DNA of 34,261 bases from Gammaproteobacteria bacterium (GTDB taxonomy: Bacteria; Pseudomonadota; Gammaproteobacteria; Burkholderiales; SG8-39): NCBI GenBank assembly GCA_041490545.1, contig JBGPTG010000003.1, forward strand, positions 1 to 34,261, written 5' to 3'. Below the pieces are notes generated by a model, which was given only the letters and a program-made list of their open reading frames with translations, had not been told where the DNA came from and made no database searches. The position numbers were made by a program, and so were the translations under genes. This document shows positions 21,950 to 31,658 of this stretch, piece after piece; within the stretch, counting starts at the first letter, position 1, and each line of letters opens with the position of its first letter.

Positions 21950-22402
21950 GTGCACTCGATGCCGGACGCGACCGTCAAGCATCAGGCTGCGGGGATCGGG
22001 CGGCGAGTCTTGTCGATGCTTTACGAAGCACTCGTGATGCTGGCGCTCTCGCTTTTCGCCGGGTTCATATATCACGTCATCCCCGTGGACCGCTTCACCG
22101 GCGAATCCCGGCGGGTTTTCCAGCTTTACCTCTTCCTGGTTCTGGGCGCCTACTTCATCGCATGCTGGACCCGCGGGGGGCGGACGCTGCCGATGCAGAC
22201 CTGGAGGATCCGCGTGATCGACAAGAACGGGCATTCGGTCGGAGTCGCCCGCGCAATGCTGAGATACGTCCTCGCCTGGCCGTCTTTCGCGCTTCTCGGT
22301 GGCGGCCTTCTCTGGGCATTTGTCGACCGTGATCACCAGTTCCTGCATGACCGGCTCGCCGGGACCAGGATTGTCCTGACCAAAGGCCCAAGCCCGGACT
22401 GA
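21950..22402 (+). CDS. RDD family membrane protein
   Basis: RRVLSMLYE, GRTLPMQTW, FLHDRLAGT. Confidence 0.88.
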   Translation: MHSMPDATVKHQAAGIGRRVLSMLYEALVMLALSLFAGFIYHVIPVDRFTGESRRVFQLYLFLVLGAYFIACWTRGGRTLPMQTWRIRVIDKNGHSVGVARAMLRYVLAWPSFALLGGGLLWAFVDRDHQFLHDRLAGTRIVLTKGPSPD

Positions 22403-22423
22403 GGCCGGCAGGCGCGCCTATCG

Positions 22424-23497
22424 TCAGCGCCGTTCCACCCAAAGCATCGTCAGCGCTGCCGCGCCCAGGAAGGCAGCACTGGGCAGTGCCGCACTGAAGA
22501 ACGGCGGCCAGTTGCCCAAGAGCCCCAGGTGCGAAAACAGGCTGTTCAGCATGTGAAAAACGACCCCGAGCATGATCCCCGAAAATACCTTGACGCCGAC
22601 CCCACCCGTCCGCACGTGCACGTAGGCAAAAGGTAGTGCGAGCGCCATCATGACCAGGGAGGCGAACGGATAAACGAGCTTTTTCCACATGGCGATCTCG
22701 TAGCGCTCGGTCTTCTGCCGGTTTTCCGAGAGGTGCCGCGTGTACTGGTAGAGGTTCCAGGCAGACATTCGTTCGGGCAGAACAAAGAGTACCGAGAGGA
22801 TGTCCGGCGTGAGGACGGAGGTCCAGTCCAGCTCGGCGAGGCGCTGTACGCTGCTGCCGGAAGCTGCAAATGTGGTCTGCGTCACATCCCGCAGACGCCA
22901 TGTACTCTTTCCGACATACCTGCCCTGCTGCGCGATGCTGATGGATTTGAGGCGATATTGATCGTCGAACTCGAATATCCTCACGCCCGTCAAGCTCGTA
23001 TCCGGGAGGACTTCGCGTACGTTCACGAAGCGACGATCGTCCTTCACCCAGAGGCCCGTGTGAAATTCCTGAGCGACGATTGCGCTGGTCGCCGAAAGCT
23101 TCAACTGCTTCGCGGCTCGTTCGGAAACCGGCGCGATCAACTCGCCGAAAACCAGGGTCGCAACGACAAATACTATACCGATCCGGAACAGCGTGGTCGT
23201 GGCTCGCAGCGGCGCCAGTCCCGAGCCGCGCATGACGGTGAATTCTGAATTGGCGGCCAGATGCGATATCGCGTAGAGAGTACCGATCAGAACCGCTACC
23301 GGGAACAGCTCGTAGACGTGGCTTGGGATCGAAAGCGCCACGAAGGCCAGGACGTGCTGCAACCGGTACTGGCCTTTGCCGAGATCGGTAAGCTCGTTGA
23401 TCAGGTCGAAAAAAGCAAACAAGCTCAGGAAAGCGGCGAATACGAACAGCGTAGCCGCGTAAATTTCGCGTGCCAGGTACGTGCGCAAAGTGTCCAC
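22424..23497 (-). CDS. lptG: LPS export ABC transporter permease LptG
   Basis: YLARE, SEFTVMRGSG, WKKLVYP; tandem with lptF. Confidence 0.93.
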   Translation of the reverse strand: MDTLRTYLAREIYAATLFVFAAFLSLFAFFDLINELTDLGKGQYRLQHVLAFVALSIPSHVYELFPVAVLIGTLYAISHLAANSEFTVMRGSGLAPLRATTTLFRIGIVFVVATLVFGELIAPVSERAAKQLKLSATSAIVAQEFHTGLWVKDDRRFVNVREVLPDTSLTGVRIFEFDDQYRLKSISIAQQGRYVGKSTWRLRDVTQTTFAASGSSVQRLAELDWTSVLTPDILSVLFVLPERMSAWNLYQYTRHLSENRQKTERYEIAMWKKLVYPFASLVMMALALPFAYVHVRTGGVGVKVFSGIMLGVVFHMLNSLFSHLGLLGNWPPFFSAALPSAAFLGAAALTMLWVERR

Positions 23498-23498
23498 C

Positions 23499-24575
23499 TC
23501 AGCGGCCTCCTATCAGAGAACCGAAGCGAAGCCGCCGGTAGAACAACAGCACCAACAGGGTGAGCATCCCGGCGTGCACGATCCACCAGCCGATCTGGAA
23601 TGACAGTCGGCCCTGGGAAACCCAGGCCTGTGCGATGCTTAGGAGATTTGCGTACACCATGTAGGCAAGCAGCGCAAAAAGAAGGTTCATTGACCGGCTG
23701 GCCCGCGGATTTACGAACGACAGCGGAATCGCAAGCAGAACGAGAATCAGGCCCGAGATCGGCAATCCCATCCGCCAGAGCAATTCGGCGCGGTGCGCAT
23801 TGCCTCGTTCCTGCAGCAAGGCGAGCGTCGGCATGGCTCTGATCGAAACGGATTCCGCCTGCCGCTCACGCGCTTCGATTCGCTGCGCGTAGCGCCCGAA
23901 ATCCATCACCTTGAAGTCGAGGGCGCCCGGGATCCCCTCGTACCGCCTGCCATCGAGCAGCACCACGAAACGGTCGCCGTTTGGCGCCACCTCCCGGTAC
24001 CCGCGCCGGCTCACCATGATGCCCAGACTGTCTCCCCGCATTTGCGCAACAAACACGTTCTGGACGTTGATTTCGTCCCCTGCGATCTCCTCGACGAAGA
24101 ACACCCGATCGGCGTTCGACGCCTCACGAAAAACGCCCGGCGCCACGCGAGTGGTCTCATCCCGCGTTTCCATCTGATTCCGGTACTCCTCGGCCTTGCG
24201 TATCGCCCAGGGCGACAGGAACAGGGACAGGACCGCCACGAGCGCAATCAAAGGAGCAGCAAACAGGAGCACGGGGCGCACCCACGCCAGCAGTGAGAGC
24301 CCCGAGCCGAACCAGATGACCATTTCGGAATCGCGGTAGCTCCGCGACAAGGTGATCAGCACCGTGATGAAAAGCGTCAACGACAGCAGTATCGGAAGGT
24401 AGTTCAGCGCCGAGAACGCCAGCAGCGCCAACACGCCTTCGGAGAGCACCTTTCCTATCGCCGCCTGGCCCAGCAGGCGGATCAGCTGGGTTGTCAGCGT
24501 GATGGCGAACAGCGTCGCAAATACCGCGAGCGCAAGATTGCTGAATTCACGCAGCAGTGCGCGACGAAATATCAC
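23499..24575 (-). CDS. lptF: LPS export ABC transporter permease LptF
   Basis: Start reassigned to GTG 24575 (MIFRRALLRE); YRDSEMVIW..SG, LAIPLSFVNPR; divergent from pepA. Confidence 0.93.
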   Translation of the reverse strand: MIFRRALLREFSNLALAVFATLFAITLTTQLIRLLGQAAIGKVLSEGVLALLAFSALNYLPILLSLTLFITVLITLSRSYRDSEMVIWFGSGLSLLAWVRPVLLFAAPLIALVAVLSLFLSPWAIRKAEEYRNQMETRDETTRVAPGVFREASNADRVFFVEEIAGDEINVQNVFVAQMRGDSLGIMVSRRGYREVAPNGDRFVVLLDGRRYEGIPGALDFKVMDFGRYAQRIEARERQAESVSIRAMPTLALLQERGNAHRAELLWRMGLPISGLILVLLAIPLSFVNPRASRSMNLLFALLAYMVYANLLSIAQAWVSQGRLSFQIGWWIVHAGMLTLLVLLFYRRLRFGSLIGGR

Positions 24576-24636
24576 TTTGCCGGTGGATCGAAGGTCGGGG
24601 TGGTGCAGACCGAGCGCCGACAAGCTTGACGCCGCT

Positions 24637-24666
24637 TTGACTTCGTCTGAATAAACCGGGGATAAT
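24637..24666 (+). promoter_or_regulatory. Putative sigma70 promoter for pepA
   Basis: TTGACT, 18 bp spacer, GATAAT. Confidence 0.5.
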
Positions 24667-24707
24667 CCGCGCAGCTAGTCGCACATATTTCCCCCGAAAA
24701 AATCATC

Positions 24708-26195
24708 ATGGAATTTAGCACAAAAGTCGCGGCGCCGGAGAAGTACTCCGGCCCTTGTATCGCCGTGGGTGTGTTCGAGCCGCGCAAGCTTTCTGTGGCG
24801 GCTTCCGCACTGGACGCTGCCTCGCGGGGCCAGATCCGCGAATTCCTGCGCTCCGGGGACATGGACGGCCGGCTCGGCACAACGCGTCTTCTCTATGACG
24901 TGCGCGGCATTGCGGCCGAGCGTGTTCTGCTGGTCGGCTTGGGACCGGAAAAGGAATTTGGCGAGAAGCAGTTCCGAAATTGCAGCCGTACCGCCGTCAC
25001 GGCCATAGGTGACACGGGAGCGCGGGAAGCGTGTTTGTCTTTCTCGGAACTCCCGGTAGCGAATCGTGGTGTCGACTGGAGATCGCGCCAGCTGGTGCTC
25101 GCGGCGGCCGATGTGGCTTACCGCTTCGACCGGATGAAAAGCAAGAAGCCACAACCCCGGCCGCTCGCTCGCGTCACGATATCTGCTATGTCGAAACAGG
25201 ACGTGCGCGATATCGAGCGCGGGGTGCGCGAGGGGCGAGCCATCGCAGCCGGCATGGCGCTCACGCGCGATCTCGGGAATCTACCCGGCAACATCTGTAC
25301 CCCGACCTATCTTGCCGACGCTGCGGTAAAGCTCGGGAAGGAATGGAAGCTCGCAGTCGAAGTGCTCGTCCAGAAAGACATGGCGAAGCTCGGCATGGGT
25401 TCGCTGCTGTCGGTATCGAAGGGGTCACGCCAGCCGCCGAAGTTTGTGATCCTGCGGTATTCCGGCGCAGGCAGGAAAGCGCGCCCTGTGGTGCTTATCG
25501 GCAAAGGCATTACGTTCGACACCGGGGGTATTTCGATCAAACCCTCGGCTGAAATGGACGAGATGAAGTTCGACATGTGCGGAGCCGCGAGCGTGCTGGG
25601 AACACTGCGGGCCGTGGCCGAGCTTGAGATGAAGCTGAACGTCGTGGGCCTGGTGCCGGCCTGCGAAAACATGCCTGGAGGCGCCGCGTCCAAACCGGGC
25701 GATGTCGTTACGAGCATGTCCGGCCAGACGATAGAAATTCTGAACACCGACGCGGAAGGACGACTCATTCTCGCCGACGCGCTCAGCTACGCCGAGCGAT
25801 TCGAACCCCAGGCGGTGGTCGACGTAGCAACATTGACCGGCGCCTGCATCGTTGCTCTCGGCCATGTCTGCTCCGGCCTGTTTGCGAACCGCGACGCGCT
25901 CGCGCGCGAACTACTGGCCGCCGGTGAAGAATCCTGGGACCGCGCCTGGCAGTTGCCTCTCTGGGACGACTACCAGGAGCAGCTAAAGAGCAATTTCGCC
26001 GATTTCGCCAACATCGGCGGCAAGGCAGCCGGAAGCATTACGGCAGCCTGTTTTCTGTCGCGGTTCGCCCGCCGCTTCGACTGGGCCCATCTCGATATCG
26101 CCGGAACCGCCTGGAAATCGGGCAAGGAAAAGGGAGCCACCGGAAGGCCGGTTCCAATGCTTACGGCATTCCTCATGGGACGTGCGAAAGGGTAG
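24708..26195 (+). CDS. pepA: Leucyl aminopeptidase (M17)
   Basis: GKGITFDTGG, MKFDMCG, NTDAEGRL, HLDIAGT. Confidence 0.97.
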   Translation: MEFSTKVAAPEKYSGPCIAVGVFEPRKLSVAASALDAASRGQIREFLRSGDMDGRLGTTRLLYDVRGIAAERVLLVGLGPEKEFGEKQFRNCSRTAVTAIGDTGAREACLSFSELPVANRGVDWRSRQLVLAAADVAYRFDRMKSKKPQPRPLARVTISAMSKQDVRDIERGVREGRAIAAGMALTRDLGNLPGNICTPTYLADAAVKLGKEWKLAVEVLVQKDMAKLGMGSLLSVSKGSRQPPKFVILRYSGAGRKARPVVLIGKGITFDTGGISIKPSAEMDEMKFDMCGAASVLGTLRAVAELEMKLNVVGLVPACENMPGGAASKPGDVVTSMSGQTIEILNTDAEGRLILADALSYAERFEPQAVVDVATLTGACIVALGHVCSGLFANRDALARELLAAGEESWDRAWQLPLWDDYQEQLKSNFADFANIGGKAAGSITAACFLSRFARRFDWAHLDIAGTAWKSGKEKGATGRPVPMLTAFLMGRAKG

Positions 26196-26279
26196 GATTG
26201 GGGATCGGGAATCCGGGACGCGACAGCCTGAGACAGGGCCCCCCGTGATTCCTCCACGCCGGATCCTGACCCTTCCCAA

Positions 26280-26708
26280 ATGACGCGGGTCGAGTTCTTT
26301 TCCAACGCCGAGTCCAGGCTCCAGGCAGCCTGCGAGCTTGTCGCAAGCACCTTTCAGGAACGATTGCGGATCATCATCTACGCACCCGACGAGAACACCG
26401 CACGCAGCATGGACAAACTCCTCTGGACGTTCCAGGCCACGGGCTTCATTCCGCACTGCATGGACTTTCACGCCATTTCGTCCGACACCCCCGTTGTCAT
26501 ATGCAGCGGGGATTCCGAAATGCCGCATTACGAAGTGATGCTCAACCTGCACGACGATTCGCCCCCTCTCTTCAGCCGTTTCGCGCGGCTGATCGAGGTC
26601 GTCAGTTCCGACCAGGACGACCGCGAACGCGCCCGGGCGAGGTACCGCTTCTATCGGGACCGGGGTTACGAAATACACCATCGCGACCTCGCCAGGTCCC
26701 AGCCGTGA
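26280..26708 (+). CDS. holC: DNA polymerase III chi subunit
   Basis: MTRVEF, D.LLWTF...FIPH, AR.RYR.Y..RGY; pepA-holC-valS synteny. Confidence 0.92.
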   Translation: MTRVEFFSNAESRLQAACELVASTFQERLRIIIYAPDENTARSMDKLLWTFQATGFIPHCMDFHAISSDTPVVICSGDSEMPHYEVMLNLHDDSPPLFSRFARLIEVVSSDQDDRERARARYRFYRDRGYEIHHRDLARSQP

Positions 26709-27118
26709 GCGATCCCAAGGACCTTCTGGAGAAGACCGATGCCTTTTTGAAGCGCTATCACCCCTCGCCGAAGGCAGAGCGCGAGGAAATCCCCGTGCTC
26801 ACCGATGTAGTTACGGAACCCGCGCCCGCGCTGCCGGCAGAACGCGTGGCCGCAGCGCGCAATGCGGCCGAGCCCGAGCACCCGGCCCTCGATCCGAAGC
26901 TCGTGAAAAGCCTGCTCGATGCTATTGGGCCGCGAGTCGCGACGATCCTGGAGGAACCTCTTCGGACACGCGTCGAAGCGCACCTCAAGCGGGCACTGCC
27001 CGCCCTCACCGAACAAATCAAGCTGGAAATTGAGACCCTGGTTCGCGAGACAGTCAGTCGGGCCGTCGAGGAGGAGATCGCGCGGTTGCGCGGATCGTCG
27101 CGAAACGGACGATCCTGA
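26705..27118 (+). CDS. Hypothetical protein with an IPVLTDVV motif (DUF2486-like)
   Basis: GTG overlapping the holC stop gives MSDPKDLLEKTDAFLKRY...IPVLTDVV, then a helical C-terminus. Confidence 0.65.
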   Translation: MSDPKDLLEKTDAFLKRYHPSPKAEREEIPVLTDVVTEPAPALPAERVAAARNAAEPEHPALDPKLVKSLLDAIGPRVATILEEPLRTRVEAHLKRALPALTEQIKLEIETLVRETVSRAVEEEIARLRGSSRNGRS

Positions 27119-27121
27119 GGC

Positions 27122-27188
27122 TATAATTTGTTCCAGCGCGTCGACGAAGGGCACCCGAGAGGGCGCCGCTCGACGCGCTGTTGCTTTG
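27122..27188 (+). promoter_or_regulatory. -10 element and long leader hairpin upstream of valS
   Basis: TATAAT at 27122-27127; 11-bp perfect stem CAGCGCGTCGA (27134-27144) / TCGACGCGCTG (27170-27180); inner CCC-GAGA-GGG. Confidence 0.6.
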
Positions 27189-27197
27189 TGAGATTTG

Positions 27198-30107
27198 ATG
27201 GACCTCGCCAAGACTTTTGAGCCTCACGCAGTCGAGAAGCGCTGGTACTTCCTGTGGGAGTCCCGTGGCTATTTCGCGCATTCCGGCGATGCCGCGCAAC
27301 CTGCCTACTGCATCCAGTTACCCCCGCCGAATGTCACCGGCACGCTTCACATGGGCCATGCGTTTCAGCAGACGCTGATGGACGCATTGATCCGGTACCA
27401 CCGGATGCGGGGCTTCAACACCAATTGGGTGATTGGCACCGATCACGCGGGAATCGCAACGCAGATCGTGGTGGAGCGGCAGCTCGAGGCCGAAGGCAAG
27501 ACGCGTCACGACCTCGGGCGCGAAGCGTTCGTGGAGCGCGTGTGGGAATGGAAGCAGCAGTCTGGCTCCACCATCACGCGCCAGATGCGCCGACTCGGTG
27601 CGTCCGGCAACTGGACTTTCGCCGACACCGAAGGCCAGAAGGCCGGCTACTTCACCATGGACGAGCGCATGTCACGCGCCGTGCTCGAAGCGTTCGTGCG
27701 GCTGCACGAGCAGGGCCTGATCTACCGCGGCAAGCGCCTGGTGAACTGGGACCCGGTGCTCGGTACGGCGGTGTCCGATCTGGAAGTGGACAGCGAGGAA
27801 GAGGACGGGAAAATCTGGGAGATCCGTTACCCGTTCGAGGACGGTAGCGGTTCGGTGGTGGTGGCGACGACCCGGCCGGAAACGATGCTCGGCGACGTCG
27901 CGGTGGCGGTGAATCCCGAGGACGAGCGCTATCGGCATTTGGTTGGCAAGCAAGTGCGGCTGCCACTCACCGACCGCACCATCCCGGTCATCGCCGACAG
28001 CTACGTCGACCGCGAGTTCGGTACCGGCTGCGTCAAGATCACGCCGGCACACGATTTCAACGACTACGCAATTGGGGTGCGCCACGCTCTGACGCAGGTA
28101 AACGTTCTTACATTGGATGCTCGTATTCGAGATGCTGCCGAAGTATTCGTGTCGTTCACCGTTTTTAAATATCCTGACGGAACTGAGGCGTTCATTAAGA
28201 AAAGTGACTACCTCAGCAAAATCGGCGATGTACGTATCGGAATGAAGTCTTGCCCGTTACCTGAAGCTTATCGTGGCCTCGACCGATTCGAAGCCCGCAA
28301 GAAAATCCTCGCCGATCTGCGGGCGCAAGGGCTGCTGGTTTCCGAAAAACCCTACAAGCTGCGCGTGCCGCGCTCGGGTCGCACCGGCGTGATCGTCGAG
28401 CCCATGCTGACCGACCAGTGGTTCGTAAAAATGGACGGTTTGGCTAAGGCGGGCCTCGAAACGGTCGCCAAAGGCGAAGTGAAATTCTTCCCGGAGCACT
28501 GGACCACCACCTACAACCAATGGCTGGAAAACATCCAGGACTGGTGCATTTCGCGCCAGCTCTGGTGGGGCCATCAAATTCCAGTTTGGTATAGAGATGA
28601 TATTCGCGGACCCGATCACGATATCGTTGCGAGAAGTCAGGACGAAGCTTACATAGTTGCGCGGGAAAGAGGCTACAGCGGAAATCTAACTCGCGATCCG
28701 GACGTGCTCGATACCTGGTTCTCCTCGGCGCTGGTGCCCTTCACCTCGCTCGGCTGGCCCGAAAAGACGAAGGACCTCGACACCTTTCTCCCCTCCTCGG
28801 TGCTGGTGACCGGCTTCGACATCATTTTCTTCTGGGTCGCCCGGATGATCATGATGACGCAGCACTTCACCGGCAAGGTGCCGTTCTGCCACGTCTACAT
28901 CAACGCCCTGGTGCGCGACGCCGAGGGCCAGAAGATGTCGAAGTCGAAGGGCAACACGCTCGATCCGCTCGATCTCATCGACGGCATTACGCCGGACGAG
29001 CTTGTAGCCAAATCGACGGTGGGCCTGCTGCGCGTTGATCACAAGGCGAAGATCGAGAAGTACGTCCGCGCGCACTACCCGAAGGGTATTCCCTCCTTCG
29101 GCGCCGATGCGGTGCGCTTCACCTTTGCCTCGCTCGCCACCTTTGCACGCACGCTTAACTTCGACCTCAATCGCTGTGAGGGCTATCGCAACTTCTGCAA
29201 CAAGCTGTGGAACGCGACACGCTTCGTGCTGATGAACACCGAGGGTAAGGACTGCGGGCTGGACGAAAAAGCTCCGGTCGAACTGTCCGCGTGGGACCGG
29301 TGGATCGTCAGCACGCTCCAGCGCACCGAGAAGGAGGTCGAGACCGGCTTCGCCGAATACCGGTTCGACAATGTCGCAAGCGCGATCTACCGCTTCGTCT
29401 GGGACGAGTACTGCGATTGGTATGTTGAAGTAGCGAAGAAGCAACTGCAATCCCAAGACGATAAGGTGCTACGCGGCACACGTCGGACGCTGATACGGGT
29501 ACTCGAAGCGGCACTACGACTTGCACATCCGATCATTCCGTTCATCACCGAGGAGTTATGGCAGAAGGTTGCACCTCTTGTGGGTAAAACGGGCGAGACC
29601 ATAATGCTCGCGTCCTACCCAAAGTTTCAGACCGAAAAGATCGATGAGGCAGCTGAGCGCGAGATTGCCACTGCTAAGGGCGTTGTCAACGCAGGGCGAA
29701 ATCTGCGTAGCGATCTCAACATTCATTCCCAGTATAGTATTTCTTCCTCCTTTTCCATTACGGGCAATCCGAGTCCAGCAACAACCAGCGCTTTTTCTGC
29801 TCTGATACGCCAATCCGATTTGAAGATAGTTGAAGACCTTCCCGATTCGGAATCACCAGTGGCAGTATCGGGACAACATCGCATGATGCTACACATAGAG
29901 ATCGATCCCGTCGCCGAGCGCACCCGCCTGAAAAACGAAATTTTGCGCCTCGAAGGCGAAGTCGTCAAAGCCAACGCCAAACTCTCCAATTCGAATTTTG
30001 TCGAACGCGCCCCAGCGAAGGTGGTCACCCAGGAAAGGGACCGCCTTGCAAATTTCTTCGCGACACTAGAAAAACTGAAACTGCAGCTCGATAAGCTCAA
30101 GGTGTGA
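27198..30107 (+). CDS. valS: Valine--tRNA ligase
   Basis: [13 protein letters not shown] (HIGH), [31 protein letters not shown]-terminal coiled coil. Start is ATG 27198 or TTG 27195. Confidence 0.97.
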   Translation: MDLAKTFEPHAVEKRWYFLWESRGYFAHSGDAAQPAYCIQLPPPNVTGTLHMGHAFQQTLMDALIRYHRMRGFNTNWVIGTDHAGIATQIVVERQLEAEGKTRHDLGREAFVERVWEWKQQSGSTITRQMRRLGASGNWTFADTEGQKAGYFTMDERMSRAVLEAFVRLHEQGLIYRGKRLVNWDPVLGTAVSDLEVDSEEEDGKIWEIRYPFEDGSGSVVVATTRPETMLGDVAVAVNPEDERYRHLVGKQVRLPLTDRTIPVIADSYVDREFGTGCVKITPAHDFNDYAIGVRHALTQVNVLTLDARIRDAAEVFVSFTVFKYPDGTEAFIKKSDYLSKIGDVRIGMKSCPLPEAYRGLDRFEARKKILADLRAQGLLVSEKPYKLRVPRSGRTGVIVEPMLTDQWFVKMDGLAKAGLETVAKGEVKFFPEHWTTTYNQWLENIQDWCISRQLWWGHQIPVWYRDDIRGPDHDIVARSQDEAYIVARERGYSGNLTRDPDVLDTWFSSALVPFTSLGWPEKTKDLDTFLPSSVLVTGFDIIFFWVARMIMMTQHFTGKVPFCHVYINALVRDAEGQKMSKSKGNTLDPLDLIDGITPDELVAKSTVGLLRVDHKAKIEKYVRAHYPKGIPSFGADAVRFTFASLATFARTLNFDLNRCEGYRNFCNKLWNATRFVLMNTEGKDCGLDEKAPVELSAWDRWIVSTLQRTEKEVETGFAEYRFDNVASAIYRFVWDEYCDWYVEVAKKQLQSQDDKVLRGTRRTLIRVLEAALRLAHPIIPFITEELWQKVAPLVGKTGETIMLASYPKFQTEKIDEAAEREIATAKGVVNAGRNLRSDLNIHSQYSISSSFSITGNPSPATTSAFSALIRQSDLKIVEDLPDSESPVAVSGQHRMMLHIEIDPVAERTRLKNEILRLEGEVVKANAKLSNSNFVERAPAKVVTQERDRLANFFATLEKLKLQLDKLKV

Positions 30108-30126
30108 GTACCCTGGCCACCGATTC

Positions 30127-31383
30127 GTGAATTCCGCGCTACGCGCCTTCCGCTCCCGGAATTTCCGCATTTTCTACGCGGGACAGGGTCTCTCTCTTCT
30201 GGGGACCTGGATGCAGTCAGTGGCGATGAGCTGGCTCGTATACCGTCTGACCGGATCGGCCCTCCTTCTCGGCGTTACGGCGGGAGCGCAGCAGCTTCCG
30301 ATGTTGTTCCTGTCGCCCATCGCAGGGGTATGGGCGGACCGGGTCAACCGCAAGCGACTTCTGATGATCGTTCAGTCCCTCGCTTTCCTGCAGGCGCTGG
30401 CGCTGGCCGTGCTCACGTTTCTCGAATTGGTGCAGGTACCTTATGTGATTGCCCTTGCCCTTTTTCTCGGGATCGTCAATTCCTTCGAAACCCCGACGCG
30501 CCAGGCCTTCTTGCTCGAGTTGATCCAGCACCGGGAAGATCTGCCCAACGCGATCGCCCTGCAGTCGATGCTGTTTCAGGCGACGCGCTTTGCCGGTCCC
30601 TCGCTGGCCGGCGTGATACTCGCGGCATTTGGCGAAGCGTGGTGCTTCCTGGCGAACGCCATCGCTTACCTGGCGATCATCGCGACCTACATTGTGGTCC
30701 GGGTGACGCCGCGCAATGTGCCAGAAGCAGATTCCGGCTGGTGGCGCCAGCTTGTCGCCGGTTTCGGCTACGCGTTCGGTTATACCGGAACGCGGCGCCT
30801 CCTGCTGCTGCTCGCAGCGGTGGGATTCTTCACCGCACCCTGGTCCTCACTGATGCCCATCTTCGCGGCTGAGACGTTCGCTGGCGACTCGAGAACATTC
30901 GGATTTCTCATCGGAGCAGTAGGGCTTGGTGCAGTCGCGGGGACTTTTGCGCTCGCTGCGCGCAGGTCCGTACGCGGGCTCGGCAGGGTGATACCCGCCA
31001 CTACCGTGATGGCAGGCGCTGCCCTGATCGGTTTTTCCGCCTCGGGTTTGCTTTGGCTTTCGCTCCTGTTCCTGGCGGTGTTTGGCGCCGGACTGGTGGT
31101 CACCGCCGCGTCCATCAATACAATCCTGCAGACACTCGCCGAGGAAGACAAGCGCGCGCGCGTTATCAGCATGTACGTGATGTGCTTCATCGGCGTCGCG
31201 CCGATTGGAAATTTTACTGCGGGAGCCCTTGCCGAGAGTATCGGCGCACACCGCACGCTCGCGTTGTTCGGTCTGTGCGCGGCCCTCGCCGGCGTCGCGT
31301 TTGCGGCGGGTTTCAGGACCTGGGCCAGATCCGTCCGTCCGGTCTACATCAATCGAGGAATCATCCAGGCGCCGAAGGGCTAG
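30127..31383 (+). CDS. MFS transporter (MFS_3 / DHA3-like)
   Basis: About 12 hydrophobic segments; F..RNFR.F..GQ..S..GTWMQ, GVWADRVNRK (motif A). Confidence 0.9.
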   Translation: MNSALRAFRSRNFRIFYAGQGLSLLGTWMQSVAMSWLVYRLTGSALLLGVTAGAQQLPMLFLSPIAGVWADRVNRKRLLMIVQSLAFLQALALAVLTFLELVQVPYVIALALFLGIVNSFETPTRQAFLLELIQHREDLPNAIALQSMLFQATRFAGPSLAGVILAAFGEAWCFLANAIAYLAIIATYIVVRVTPRNVPEADSGWWRQLVAGFGYAFGYTGTRRLLLLLAAVGFFTAPWSSLMPIFAAETFAGDSRTFGFLIGAVGLGAVAGTFALAARRSVRGLGRVIPATTVMAGAALIGFSASGLLWLSLLFLAVFGAGLVVTAASINTILQTLAEEDKRARVISMYVMCFIGVAPIGNFTAGALAESIGAHRTLALFGLCAALAGVAFAAGFRTWARSVRPVYINRGIIQAPKG

Positions 31384-31427
31384 CCGCGCGCACGAGATCG
31401 GCCGGGCGCGCGCTCGTCAGCTCCCGA

Positions 31428-31658
31428 TCATTTCCTTTTCATGTAGAACGTGAAAACGTTGTCTGCCTCGGAATGCGACAGAAGTTCGTTTCCGGTCTGC
31501 CTCGCGAAAGCCTGGAAATCCTTAACGGAGCCCGGATCGGTCGCGAGCACTCGCAGCACCTTTCCGCTCTTCAGTTCCGTCAATGCTCTCTTTGCGCGCA
31601 GAATGGGCAGCGGACAGTTCAGGCCGCGCACATCCAGGTCCTTGTCAAAATGTGTCAT
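31428..31658 (-). CDS. TusA/SirA family sulfur carrier
   Basis: Start reassigned to ATG 31658; LDVRGLNCPLP, ATDPGS..DF. Confidence 0.92.
   Translation of the reverse strand: MTHFDKDLDVRGLNCPLPILRAKRALTELKSGKVLRVLATDPGSVKDFQAFARQTGNELLSHSEADNVFTFYMKRK

Noticed and set aside
28098-28274. Intein, intron or diversity-generating retroelement target in valS
   Set aside because: Too short for an intein and lacking Cys/Ser-start and His-Asn-end motifs. No reverse transcriptase or template-repeat copy was seen in the window.
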